From positions 9,989 to 73,988 of the forward strand of contig CAYGVT010000066.1 of the NCBI GenBank assembly GCA_964353355.1: DNA of 64,000 nt, read 5' to 3'. Below, in pieces: positions 1 through 9,144 of this stretch. A program made the translations under genes and the position numbers. The notes beneath the pieces were generated by a model. That model did no database searches, was not told the origin of the DNA, and saw nothing but the letters and a program-made list of their open reading frames with translations. The number at the start of each line of letters is the position of its first letter. Position 1 is the first letter of the stretch. This DNA comes from an uncultured Thermoplasmata archaeon. Its GTDB lineage: Archaea; Thermoplasmatota; DTKX01; GCA-020343715.

Positions 1-763
1 GGTCGCGGTCGTCGCCGTGCTCCTCATCTCCTTCGTCTTCTCCATGTTCGGCCTGGGGGGCGCCGTGCTCTACACGCCCATCCTGTTCCTGCTCGGGTTC
101 GCCGCCCTCACCTCCATCTCGACGTCGCTCACCATCAACCTCCTCGCCGTCCTGTCGGCGACCGCGGTCTACTACCGTCAGGGGCTGGTCGACGTGCGCC
201 TCGCCGCGTGGTTCATACCGGGCGTTTGCGCGGGCGCCCTCGTGGGCGGGGCGGCCACCGGGTTCATCGACCCTGTCCTCCTCATGTGGACGTTCGCCGC
301 GTTCTTGGTCGTGATGGGGCTGCGGATGGTGCTATCGAGGAGGGTGGACGCGCCCGGCCAGGATGCCTGCACGCTCACGCCCACGCCACGGCAGATCGCG
401 GCCATCGTGGGCGTCAGCGTGGTCGTGGGTGTGCTCTCGGGGCTCATCGGCATCGGTGGTGGCATCATGATAGCCCCCTTCCTCATCTTCCTGTGCGACC
501 AGCCCGTCAAGGGCACGGCGGGCACGACCGCGTTCATCGTCATCTTCTCCTCGCTCTTCGGCGTCATCGGCCACTCGGCCGTGCACAACATAGACCTCTG
601 GCTCGTCGTGCCCACGGGCGTGGCCGCGCTCATCGGCTCCCAGGTGGGCGCACGCCGCATGGTGCGGACCGGTTCGGGCTCGGTGATGAAGGGGTTCGGC
701 GTGGTGATGTGGGTGTTCGCCGCGGTCCTCGTCCTTAAGCTCCTCGGCCTCATGGAGATGTGA
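1..763 (+). CDS. TauE/SafE (DUF81) family anion/sulfite exporter-like membrane protein; 5' end probably cut by window edge
   Basis: The frame of ORF 17..763 stays open back to nt 2. About 8 predicted TM helices. Repeated Gly-rich motifs FGLGGAVLYTPIL and IGIGGGIMIAPFL typical of TauE/SafE permeases. Confidence 0.65.
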   Translation, partial: VAVVAVLLISFVFSMFGLGGAVLYTPILFLLGFAALTSISTSLTINLLAVLSATAVYYRQGLVDVRLAAWFIPGVCAGALVGGAATGFIDPVLLMWTFAAFLVVMGLRMVLSRRVDAPGQDACTLTPTPRQIAAIVGVSVVVGVLSGLIGIGGGIMIAPFLIFLCDQPVKGTAGTTAFIVIFSSLFGVIGHSAVHNIDLWLVVPTGVAALIGSQVGARRMVRTGSGSVMKGFGVVMWVFAAVLVLKLLGLMEM

Positions 764-851
764 ACGAGAGCAACGCAGGGGACGCTGATGGGGTCTCCGC
801 GTCCCCGTCCGTGCGCCCGCGCAACCGTTAATACCCCGACCTGCCAATGCG

Positions 852-2393
852 GTGGGGCCGGAAGGGAGCCCCTTGGATGTCAAGCCAGACGGTGTAGGCC
901 TCACGCTCGAGCAGGTGGCGCAGGTCGCTCGCGAGGGCGCGAGGGTCGTGCTGCCGCAGAAGGCGCGCAAGCGCATGGCGGACAGCCGCCGCGCGCTCGA
1001 GGGGATGCTGCGCAAGGGAGAGACCGTCTACGGGGTGAACACCGGCTTCGGCAGGCTCGCCGACACCAAGATAGACCCGGAGAGGGCCGAGGAGCTCCAG
1101 CGCCGGCTGGTGCTGTCGCACGCCTCTGGACTGGGGGAGCCGCTCGCGGCAGAGGTCGTGCGAGCCGCCATGCTGCTGCGGCTCAACACCTTCGCCAAGG
1201 GGCACTCGGCCGTCCGTGTCGCGCTCGCGGAAACGCTCGTGCGCATGCTCAACGCGCCCGTCACGCCCTACGTCCACTCCATCGGCTCGCTCGGGGCATC
1301 GGGCGACCTGGCGCCGCTCGCCGAGGTCGCGCTCCTGGTCCAAGGCAGGGGCCTCGCCATGACCGACGACGGCCGGGTCGTCGACGGCCGGAAGGCACTT
1401 CACGGTGCGGGCATCGAGCCCCTCAAGCTGGCCTCGCGGGAGGGCCTCGCCCTCATCAATGGCACGCAGGTGATGACGGCCGCGGGCGCCCTCGCGCTCC
1501 TGGACATGGAGCACCTGCTCAAGGCGGAGCTCGTGGCCACCGCGGTCGTCGCGGACGCGCTCGGCGCGCGCCGGTCCGCCTTCGACAGGAGGGTGTTCGA
1601 GGTGAGGCCCTATCCCGGCGCCACGAGGGCCGCGGACGCGCTGCGACGCCTGCTCAAGGGCGGCGACCTCGACAGGGCGCTGCCCAAGAGCGTCCAGGAC
1701 GCATACTCCATACGGTGCGCGCCGCAGATAATCGGCGCCTCGCTCGACGCGGCCGCCTTCGCGCGGCGGCAGCTCGAGATCGAGCTCAACTCCGCGACGG
1801 ACAACCCCCTGCTGTTCCCGGAGGACGGCGAGCACGTCTCGGGAGGCAACTTCCACGGGGAGCCCGTCGCGCAGGCGCTCGACCTGCTCTCCATCGCAAT
1901 CGCGGACATCGGGACGCTGAGCGAGCGGCACACCAATCGCCTCCTGAACCCCAACCTCTCGGGCATGCCGCCGTTCCTCGCGAGCGAGCCCGGCCTGGAC
2001 TCGGGGCTCATGATGGCGCAATACACCGCCGCCGCGCTCGTCGAGGAGCTGCGCGCGCTCGCGCGCCCCGCGACCGTGGACAACGCATCCACGTCCGCCG
2101 ACCAGGAGGACCACGTGAGCCTTGGCATGCACGCCGCGCTCAAGGCCAGGCGGGGTGTGGAGCTGCTGCGCAACGTCGTGGCCATAGAGCTCGTGGCGGG
2201 CGTGCAGGCGCTCGACTTCCGCGCGCCCAAGCGCCCCGCAGAGGGGGTGGCGGAGGTGTACAACCTCGTGCGCCGCATCGTCCCGTTCTACAACGACGAC
2301 CGCCCGCTCAACGACGACCTGATGCGCGTGACGGAGCTGCTGCGCATCGGCGAGGTCGTCCGCGTCGCAGAGGCCCGGGTGGGGCCCCTGTAG
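852..2393 (+). CDS. hutH: histidine ammonia-lyase (aromatic amino acid lyase family, MIO cofactor)
   Basis: 513 aa with a GTG start. Ala-Ser-Gly MIO-forming triad in GSLGASGDLAPLA. Colinear HAL/PAL family similarity along the full length. Confidence 0.88.
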   Translation: MGPEGSPLDVKPDGVGLTLEQVAQVAREGARVVLPQKARKRMADSRRALEGMLRKGETVYGVNTGFGRLADTKIDPERAEELQRRLVLSHASGLGEPLAAEVVRAAMLLRLNTFAKGHSAVRVALAETLVRMLNAPVTPYVHSIGSLGASGDLAPLAEVALLVQGRGLAMTDDGRVVDGRKALHGAGIEPLKLASREGLALINGTQVMTAAGALALLDMEHLLKAELVATAVVADALGARRSAFDRRVFEVRPYPGATRAADALRRLLKGGDLDRALPKSVQDAYSIRCAPQIIGASLDAAAFARRQLEIELNSATDNPLLFPEDGEHVSGGNFHGEPVAQALDLLSIAIADIGTLSERHTNRLLNPNLSGMPPFLASEPGLDSGLMMAQYTAAALVEELRALARPATVDNASTSADQEDHVSLGMHAALKARRGVELLRNVVAIELVAGVQALDFRAPKRPAEGVAEVYNLVRRIVPFYNDDRPLNDDLMRVTELLRIGEVVRVAEARVGPL

Positions 2394-2396
2394 GCG

Positions 2397-3029
2397 GTGG
2401 GGGGCGCAACCGTGAGGGTGCTCTTCCACGCGTGCTGCGGACCGTGCTTCGTCGCGGTCGGGCCCGCCCTCGCTGCCGAGGGCCACGAGGTCGTGGGCTT
2501 CTTCTACAACCCGAACGTGATGCCCTACAAGGAGCACGAGGCGCGCCTCCAGGCGTTCGAGCGCGCATGCGAGGCGGGCCAAGTCGCCGCGGTCGTCGAC
2601 GCCACCTACGAGCCAGAGAGATGGCTGAGGGGCGCGCTCGACGCCGAGCTGCGGTGCGAGTACTGCTACCGCGACCGTCTCTGCCGCGCCGCGAGGCGGG
2701 CAGCGGAGGAGGGCTTCGACGCGTTCACGACCAGCATCCTGGTGTCGCCCTACCAGAAGCACGAGCTCGCGCGCCGGGTCGGCGAGGAGGCCGCGGACCA
2801 GGAGGGCGTGGAGTTCCTCTACCGCGACCTGCGGCCACAGTGGAGGGAATCGCGCAGGCGCACGTTCGAGCTCGGGCTCTACCGCCAGAGATACTGCGGG
2901 TGCGTGTTCTCCGAGCGCGACCGGTACCTCGGTGTTCCCGAGGGGAGGGCCAAGACCGGCCCGACGGGGGCGGCGATGCCGCCCCGGCCAGCAAGGACGG
3001 CTGACGACAGAGGTCCGGGCGGGCCATAA
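2397..3029 (+). CDS. queH: epoxyqueuosine reductase QueH (DUF208)
   Basis: Conserved DUF208/QueH signatures: LFHACCGPC, FYNPNV, RCEYCY..RL, FTTSILVSPYQ, LYRQRYCGCVFS. The GTG start immediately follows the hutH stop. Confidence 0.8.
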   Translation: MGGATVRVLFHACCGPCFVAVGPALAAEGHEVVGFFYNPNVMPYKEHEARLQAFERACEAGQVAAVVDATYEPERWLRGALDAELRCEYCYRDRLCRAARRAAEEGFDAFTTSILVSPYQKHELARRVGEEAADQEGVEFLYRDLRPQWRESRRRTFELGLYRQRYCGCVFSERDRYLGVPEGRAKTGPTGAAMPPRPARTADDRGPGGP

Positions 3030-3040
3030 CGATTAAGTAG

Positions 3041-3634
3041 GTGGGGCACCCACATATCATCGGCGATGCCAATCGCTCATGGAGAGGGCCGGGGTTGGCC
3101 GACGCGGCTGCCGACGTGAAGGTGAGGGACCTCACGCCTGAGAGTAAGAGCGTGAACCTCACCGTGAAGGTTGTCTCCGTCGGCGCCCCGCAGTCGGTGG
3201 CCGCGAGGGACGGTGGCACGCGCACGGTCACCGAGATCGTCGTCGGTGACGAGACCGCCACCGTCGTCATGTCGCTCTGGGACGAGCAGTCCCGCGGCGT
3301 GCAGGCCAGCCAGGTACTGCACGTCGAGAATGGCTACGTCTCCCTCGTCAAGGGCCGCGTCCACCTCAACGTCGGCCGCTACGGTCGCCTCGGCAAGGGC
3401 CAGGGCGACATCACCAACATCAACCGACAGCTCGATGTGTCCGAGGTCGACCACTCCTCGGGTCGCGGGGGCGACCGCGACCTGGGCGGCGCCATCGACC
3501 TAAGGTTCCGGAGAGGCCCCCCCGCGTCCACTGGCTGGGGCACGGACGAGGACGCGCGCGCCCGTGGCATCCGGGTCCGTCGTCGCGGTCGGTCCGACCG
3601 GGAACGCGAGGACCGTCGAGGCCGCTACCGCTGA
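3041..3634 (+). CDS. ssb: single-OB-fold ssDNA-binding protein (crenarchaeal/Sulfolobus-type SSB) with Arg/Gly/Asp-rich C-terminal tail
   Basis: The core VNLTVKVVSV...TRTVTEIVVGDETATVVMSLWDEQS...VLHVENGYVSLVKGRVHLNVGRYGRL aligns with SsoSSB (VNVTVRVLEA...RTISEAIVGDETGRVKLTLWGKHA...). Flexible RGG/RD-rich tail. The start may instead be the in-frame GTG at 3116. Confidence 0.72.
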   Translation: MGHPHIIGDANRSWRGPGLADAAADVKVRDLTPESKSVNLTVKVVSVGAPQSVAARDGGTRTVTEIVVGDETATVVMSLWDEQSRGVQASQVLHVENGYVSLVKGRVHLNVGRYGRLGKGQGDITNINRQLDVSEVDHSSGRGGDRDLGGAIDLRFRRGPPASTGWGTDEDARARGIRVRRRGRSDREREDRRGRYR

Positions 3635-4716
3635 GCGCCCCAGCCGGTCCTGAACTGCTCGAACGTCCCGGCCAGGATGGCCTCCCTCGCCCCCCGCACC
3701 AGGGCGAGGACCAGCGCCACGTTGTGGAACGAGACGAGGTGCATCCACCGGGGGTCGTTGGACCTCCAGAGGTGGTGAACGTAGGCGCGGTCGTACTCCG
3801 CGCACACGTGACAGCCGCACGCTGGGTCCAGGGGTCGTTTGTCGCGGCCCATCGCCCCCCGCGTGATGTCATACCTCCCCGACTCGCACAGCACCGTACC
3901 GTGCCGTCCACCTCGGGTCGGGAACGCGGAATCGAACACATCGACCCCCATGGCGATCGAGTCCAGCAGCTCCCTGGGCGAGCCCACGCCCATGAGGTAC
4001 CTGGGCCGTTCCTCCGGGAGCAGGCCGATGCTCCCCGCGATGGTCCTGTTCATCTCCCCGACGGGCTCACCGATGGAGAGGCCGCCGATGCCGTAACCGT
4101 CGAATGGCATCGCCCCAAGCTCGCGCGTGCTGCGCTCGCGCAGGTCCTCGAGCACACCGCCCTGGGTTATGGCGAACAGGAGCTGCCGCCCGCGGGGATG
4201 CGAATCCAGGCATCTGCGTGCCCACTCGGACGTGCGTCGCGTCGATGCCTCGACCGCGCCGCGCTCGGCGCCGGCGACCGGGCAGTCGTCGAGCACCATC
4301 GCGACGTCGGCCCCGAGCCGGGACTCCACGTCCATGACCCCTTCTGGCGTGAGCGTGTGCGCCTCGCCCGTGACGGGGTGGCGGAACACGAGCCCCTCGT
4401 CCGTCCTCTTGAGCAGGATGCCCTTCTTGATGGTCTGGAACCCGCCCGAGTCCGTGAACAGAGCCCGCCGCCACCGCATGAAGGCGTGCAGCCCCCCCGC
4501 GGCCTCCACGTGCTCGACGCCCGGGCGTACCATTAGCGACCACGAGTTGGCGATGAGCGCGACCGCGCCCGCCTCCTCCAGCTCCCCAGGGGACAGGGTC
4601 CGCACGCTGCCCGTGGTGGCGACGGGCATGAAAAGGGGTGAGGGGACGTCCCCGTGCACGGTGGACAGCGTCCCGGCGCGCGCGCCCCCGTCCCTCCCGG
4701 CGAGCCGGAAGGTCAT
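3625..4716 (-). CDS. tgt: queuine/preQ1 tRNA-guanine transglycosylase, bacterial QueTGT type (no PUA domain)
   Basis: 363 aa. Bacterial-style zinc site CGCHVCAEYDRAYVHHL...HN. Motifs VATTGSV, DSGGFQ, LFAITQGG, GYGIGGLSIGE. The start ATG overlaps the queA stop (ATGA). Confidence 0.85.
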   Translation of the reverse strand: MTFRLAGRDGGARAGTLSTVHGDVPSPLFMPVATTGSVRTLSPGELEEAGAVALIANSWSLMVRPGVEHVEAAGGLHAFMRWRRALFTDSGGFQTIKKGILLKRTDEGLVFRHPVTGEAHTLTPEGVMDVESRLGADVAMVLDDCPVAGAERGAVEASTRRTSEWARRCLDSHPRGRQLLFAITQGGVLEDLRERSTRELGAMPFDGYGIGGLSIGEPVGEMNRTIAGSIGLLPEERPRYLMGVGSPRELLDSIAMGVDVFDSAFPTRGGRHGTVLCESGRYDITRGAMGRDKRPLDPACGCHVCAEYDRAYVHHLWRSNDPRWMHLVSFHNVALVLALVRGAREAILAGTFEQFRTGWGAQR

Positions 4717-5768
4717 CCCACCGACCCCCCCTGGACGAGCATGGCGTCGCCGAGAGAGTGGAAACGGTAGCCCTCGCGCTTCGCCAGCTCGTATGCGGAG
4801 AGGACGCGCTCCCTGCCCGCGTAGGCGGACACGAGCATGATGAGGGTCGACCTCGGGAGGTGGAAGTTGGTGAGCAGTCCCGAGTAGGGGAAGCGGAACC
4901 TGTAGGGCGGGTGGATGAAGAGGTCCGTCCACCCATCGAACGACCTGACGAGGCCGTCCGGGCCCGTCGCGCTCTCGAGCGTGCGCACCGTGGTCGTGCC
5001 GACGGCGATGACCCTGCGGCCCCCGGCGACGGCGCGGTTGAGCGCCTCGGCGGCGTCCGCGCCCACGCTGGCCCGCTCCGCGTCCATGCGGTGGTCCTCC
5101 ACGTGCTCCGCGCGCACGGGCTTGAAGGTGCCCACGCCCACGTGGAGCACGAGCTTGACCATCTCCACGCCGCGCGCGGCCATGTCATCCAGGAGCCCCG
5201 GCGTGAAATGGAGACCCGCCGTCGGCGCGGCGACCGAGCCGTCGACGCGCGCGAAGGTGGTCTGGTAGCGCGCAGGGTCCGTGAGACGCGAGCGGATGTA
5301 AGGCGGGGTGGGCATCTCGCCCCACCGGCGCATGACCGAGATGGCCGTCGCGCCCTCGGGCAGCCGCACGGTGAACCTGCCCTCCCCGAGCGATTCGACG
5401 AGCTCGGCCTCGACCGCGTCCACACCGACCCCGAGCACCAGGCACGCGCCCTCCCGGAGGCCCTTGCCGCCGACCAGGCACTCGGTATAGCCACCCTCCC
5501 CCTCCGTGGCTGCGCCAGTGCCCAGGAACAGCAGCTCGACCTTGCCGCCAGTGGGCTTGCGGCATCGCACCCTCGCGGGAAGGACGCGCGACTCGTTGAG
5601 CACGAGGACGTCGCCCCCCGCCATCAGCCCGGGCAGGTCCTTGATGCGCCGGTGGGCGACGCCGCCGTCCGCCCCGAGCACCAGAAGCCGCGCATGCTCG
5701 CGCGGTTCCACACCCGCCTGGGCGATGAACGATGTAGGGAGGTCATAGTCGTAGTCCGAGAGGGGCAC
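4713..5768 (-). CDS. queA: S-adenosylmethionine:tRNA ribosyltransferase-isomerase
   Basis: 351 aa. N-terminus LSDYDYDLPTSFIAQAGVEPREHARLLVL and GLHFTPGLL, TLHVGVGTF and GTTTVRTLES motifs characteristic of QueA. Forms an overlapping operon with tgt. Confidence 0.85.
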   Translation of the reverse strand: MPLSDYDYDLPTSFIAQAGVEPREHARLLVLGADGGVAHRRIKDLPGLMAGGDVLVLNESRVLPARVRCRKPTGGKVELLFLGTGAATEGEGGYTECLVGGKGLREGACLVLGVGVDAVEAELVESLGEGRFTVRLPEGATAISVMRRWGEMPTPPYIRSRLTDPARYQTTFARVDGSVAAPTAGLHFTPGLLDDMAARGVEMVKLVLHVGVGTFKPVRAEHVEDHRMDAERASVGADAAEALNRAVAGGRRVIAVGTTTVRTLESATGPDGLVRSFDGWTDLFIHPPYRFRFPYSGLLTNFHLPRSTLIMLVSAYAGRERVLSAYELAKREGYRFHSLGDAMLVQGGSVG

Positions 5769-5826
5769 GCTGGCTCACGAGGGCGTTCCTGGTCAAAAGG
5801 ATTGCGGCCCTCGCCCCCCCAAAAGC

Positions 5827-5836
5827 TGATATATGC
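5827..5836 (+). promoter_or_regulatory. TATA-box-like element (tgatatatgc) in the divergent queA / surface-protein intergenic region
   Basis: AT-rich octamer in an otherwise 68% GC sequence. It lies about 30 nt upstream of GTG 5866 and about 55 nt upstream of ATG 5890. Confidence 0.35.
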
Positions 5837-5865
5837 CAGTCCTTCATATTTGGTGCTGAGGGGTT

Positions 5866-8800
5866 GTGGCCCACACGTCGCCGTCTAGGATGCTCGGCCT
5901 CGTCGTCGCCCTCTTCGTGCTGGCCATCACCCTGCTCGCAGCGCTGGCGTTGGCCGAGCGAGAGGTCGTCAACGACGACTTCTCGCTGCCGGACCTCTCC
6001 GGGCCCGACGCCCGGCGGTGGAACGTGTCCACGACCGAGAGCACGGGCGCGGCATCCATCGGGGCAGGGTCGCTGGTGACCACCGTGGAGGGGCTTGGCC
6101 ACGTCACGTGCACGTCTGCAAGGCCCTTCGCGTGCGACAACATCACCCTCACCCTCGAGTGGCAATGGGACTCGGGCGACGGGGAGGCCCTCCGCATCGC
6201 CGTGGAGTCGTTCGTGGACGGGGGGTACCAGGACGCCATCCAGCTGGCCTGCCCCCGCGGGAACTGGCGGCTCCAGTTCCTGTCGCTTGGCAGCTTCCAG
6301 ACATTCTGGATAGGGACGACCATTGCCCGACAGGGTATGCGTTACAACGTGTGCATCTCTCTCACGGGCAACCTCGCCGACGTGACGGTGCGCGAGGGGG
6401 CGACGGGGCCGTTCGTGGCATCCTACATCGACTTCCGGATGGACGGACTGCGGTCCCGCAACCGCATCGCCCTCTCCACCGTCGGCGACACCGCCGGGGA
6501 GACGCTCGTCGCGAGGTGGGACAACGTGGCCGTGGTGGACAGCGCGCTCCCGCCCAACACGGTCCCGCGCTGGCTCTCCGTCGGCCTGCTCGACGCCAGG
6601 GCGAATTTGACCTCCTACCACGACTTCAGCATCGTCATCGACGACGACCAGGAGCCCTGGGAGCTCCTCATCCGTAGCCCCTCGGCCCATGTGGTGTCCA
6701 GCGATGGCACCCTCGTCGGGTTCCTGTTCCCGACCCCGGGCATGCTCGTGACCGTACCGCTGGAGGTCTTCGACGGCATCTCGAGCGCGTGGAACAACGT
6801 GAGCTTCTACGTGGGCTACTTCAACTTCCCGCCGGAGCACGACCTCCCGGCCTCCATCACGGTGCCGGAGGGCGTCCCGACGCGCATCGACCTCGGCGCG
6901 CACATCTGGGACAGGAACGACCCCTCGTCATCGCTGGTCCTCATCCCGAACCTGCCGTTCGTGGAGGTGGACGGGCTCATGCTCATCATCACCGCCCCCG
7001 AGGGGTCCGTCCGTTACGAGCTCAGGCTCCGCATCTCTGACGGGGTGAACGAGGTCGGCGCTATCATCGAGCTTCTGGTGGCCCATTTCGACGCACCGCC
7101 CGAGCTGCTGCCGATCCCGACGTTCTTCGTCGAGGAGGACCGCTGGTCGACGTTCGGATTGATGCCGTACATCAAGGACCCCGACACCCCGGTGGGGCTC
7201 ATCGCGGTGGGGTGCGACTCGCCCAACTGCACCGTCTCGGGCCAGAATCTCGGCTTCCTCTACACGAGAGGTGGCGTGGCAGAGTTCGTGCACTTCTGGG
7301 TGGACGACGGCACGACGACCGTGCATGGGAACCTCACCGTCATCATCGTGGAGGTGAATGACGCCCCTGTCATGGACATGGTGCCCGTCCAGTGCATCAC
7401 GGAGGATGAGCCGGGTCGGGTATCGCTTGACATGTACATCCATGACGAGGAGACCGACCAGGGGAACCTCACCCTGATGTGCGAGCACCCGTCCATTGTC
7501 GAGGTGAGCGGGCTCGAGCTCACCTTCCTCTTCAAGACCCCTGCCGTGAACGAGGTCGTCGCCTTCATCGTCACCGATGGCAACTCCTCCTCCGACAGCT
7601 CGTTCCTCCTCGACGTCATACCCGTCAACGACCCGCCCGTGGTGAGGACCATCGATGGCAAGCCGCCCCCCGTGAACCTCACCACCTACGCGACCAAGAC
7701 CCTCGATGTGGAGGTCGTGTACTTCGACGAGGAGGGGGGGTTTTGCAACCTCATGCTCGAGTCCGACCTCGAGATGGCCTCCTTCCATAGCAGGCTGCTG
7801 CGCATCCAGCCGAGCTACGACGAGGTCGGCGTGCATGCGGTCAACATCGTGGTGAGGGACGAGGACCTCGCCGTCGGGAGTGCGGTCCTGATGGTCACGG
7901 TCCTCGACCCGTCCGAGGTGCCGCTCGAGGTCGAGTTCCTCCTGCCCCACGGGGGGCTGACGCTGACGGAGGGCGATTCGGTGGCCTTCTCGGTCCGCGT
8001 CTCCCACCCGGTCATGGGGTACCTGTCGTTCACCAGCGTCACGTGGGTCTCGGACCTCCAGGGTCCCCTAGGGACCACGGACGGCTCCCATGACATCCTC
8101 ACGTTCTCCACCATGGCCCTGCTGCCCGGCACCCACAACATCAGCGCCGTGGCCAACTCCGGCATGCTGCGCGGCGAGGCGACGGTGAGGGTCACGGTCG
8201 ACGGGCTGCCCGAGGAGCGGCTCGGGGTCCCGGGGTCGATATATGCCATGAGCTTCTGCATCGTCATGGTCGTGGCCGGCATCGCGATGGCGGTCGCTTA
8301 CACCCATTCCAAGCGGGTCACCACGGCGAGGGCTCCGACCCCGGGGACCGCCACTGTGGTGAGCGCCCCCGCATCGCCAAAGCCCCCCCTCAGGCCCGCA
8401 CATGGCCTCGAGACACGGATACAGGTCGTAAGGCCGATGCCCATCCCGGACGAGAAGATGGCGGGCATGCCGCGCATACCATCCAGGACGGCCGACGCCT
8501 GGTCGGCGGGCACCGACACCGAAATGGTGGAGGGCGAGGCGCTCGAGGTGGTGTTCCAGGCCGCGCCAAGCCCGAGGGCGCCCATTGCCCCGGCACCTGC
8601 GGCCACGCCCGGGCCCGCCCCTCCTGCTCCCTCGACCCCTGCACCTGCATCTCCGCCCGCGCGCGCCCTGCCTCCGAGCATACCATCGGGAGCGTCCTCC
8701 AAGGCGGACATGAGGGCCAGCATCGCCGCGCTCAAGGCGGTCATCGAGGCGCTGCCGAACGGCGTGCCTCGCGAGCTCGGCCTCTACGACAGCTACACCA

Positions 8801-8931
8801 TCGCGGAGAGGGTCCTCAAGGGCAAGACCAAGATGGCCCCGGACGGGACGCCGCTCGTGTTCGTGATGGGCGGCTGGTACGTCAACACGCCCGACCGGCC
8901 CGACGCCTTCCTGAGGCCCTGGAAGGAGTGA
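5866..8931 (+). CDS. very large cell-surface protein: signal peptide, sequon-rich ectodomain with cadherin-like (VNDAPV/VNDPPV) repeats, one TM helix, Pro/Ala-rich linker and a folded cytoplasmic C-terminal domain
   Basis: 1021 aa. Signal peptide MLGLVVALFVLAITLLAALALA. More than 10 N-x-S/T sequons. Single TM helix SFCIVMVVAGIAMAVAYT at about aa 780. The true start may be ATG 5890. Confidence 0.7.
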   Translation: MAHTSPSRMLGLVVALFVLAITLLAALALAEREVVNDDFSLPDLSGPDARRWNVSTTESTGAASIGAGSLVTTVEGLGHVTCTSARPFACDNITLTLEWQWDSGDGEALRIAVESFVDGGYQDAIQLACPRGNWRLQFLSLGSFQTFWIGTTIARQGMRYNVCISLTGNLADVTVREGATGPFVASYIDFRMDGLRSRNRIALSTVGDTAGETLVARWDNVAVVDSALPPNTVPRWLSVGLLDARANLTSYHDFSIVIDDDQEPWELLIRSPSAHVVSSDGTLVGFLFPTPGMLVTVPLEVFDGISSAWNNVSFYVGYFNFPPEHDLPASITVPEGVPTRIDLGAHIWDRNDPSSSLVLIPNLPFVEVDGLMLIITAPEGSVRYELRLRISDGVNEVGAIIELLVAHFDAPPELLPIPTFFVEEDRWSTFGLMPYIKDPDTPVGLIAVGCDSPNCTVSGQNLGFLYTRGGVAEFVHFWVDDGTTTVHGNLTVIIVEVNDAPVMDMVPVQCITEDEPGRVSLDMYIHDEETDQGNLTLMCEHPSIVEVSGLELTFLFKTPAVNEVVAFIVTDGNSSSDSSFLLDVIPVNDPPVVRTIDGKPPPVNLTTYATKTLDVEVVYFDEEGGFCNLMLESDLEMASFHSRLLRIQPSYDEVGVHAVNIVVRDEDLAVGSAVLMVTVLDPSEVPLEVEFLLPHGGLTLTEGDSVAFSVRVSHPVMGYLSFTSVTWVSDLQGPLGTTDGSHDILTFSTMALLPGTHNISAVANSGMLRGEATVRVTVDGLPEERLGVPGSIYAMSFCIVMVVAGIAMAVAYTHSKRVTTARAPTPGTATVVSAPASPKPPLRPAHGLETRIQVVRPMPIPDEKMAGMPRIPSRTADAWSAGTDTEMVEGEALEVVFQAAPSPRAPIAPAPAATPGPAPPAPSTPAPASPPARALPPSIPSGASSKADMRASIAALKAVIEALPNGVPRELGLYDSYTIAERVLKGKTKMAPDGTPLVFVMGGWYVNTPDRPDAFLRPWKE

Positions 8932-9144
8932 CCCTCAGCCCGGGAACGATCATCCAGCGTCCGTGCCGTATTCCGCAGCTGGCATCGCGAGTCGGTACGG
9001 GCCCTGCCCGACCCTGCTGGGCCACCGACATGGACGCGAGAGGGATGGGGACGAGTGGCCGGGCCGACCCGCGGGAGCGCCCGCACCTCCCACCAACAAC
9101 TTAACAAACCGGCTCCCCCTTGTTGGCGAACCGAGGCGTCGGCG

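Noticed and set aside
828-2762. 644-aa minus-strand ORF antisense to hutH. Similar very long antisense ORFs occur at 6928..8007, 12375..13421, 25499..27943, 35236..37773, 46437..51305 (1622 aa) and 53231..57631 (1466 aa).
   Set aside because: At 68% GC, stop codons are rare in all frames. These ORFs translate to Arg/Ala/Gly/Pro-rich low-complexity sequence and overlap genes with clear family motifs on the other strand.
788-3004. 738-aa plus-strand ORF spanning hutH and queH in another frame.
   Set aside because: Translation is RGRA-type low complexity, while the in-frame HutH (MIO motif) and QueH (CCGPC) products are recognisable.
5866-8931. Haloarchaeal origin suggested by high GC and Asp/Glu-rich surface proteins.
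   Set aside because: Cytoplasmic enzymes (thiolase, MTAP, Prs, HdrB) are not markedly acidic and are rich in Arg and Lys. The high-GC archaeon is more likely non-halophilic.
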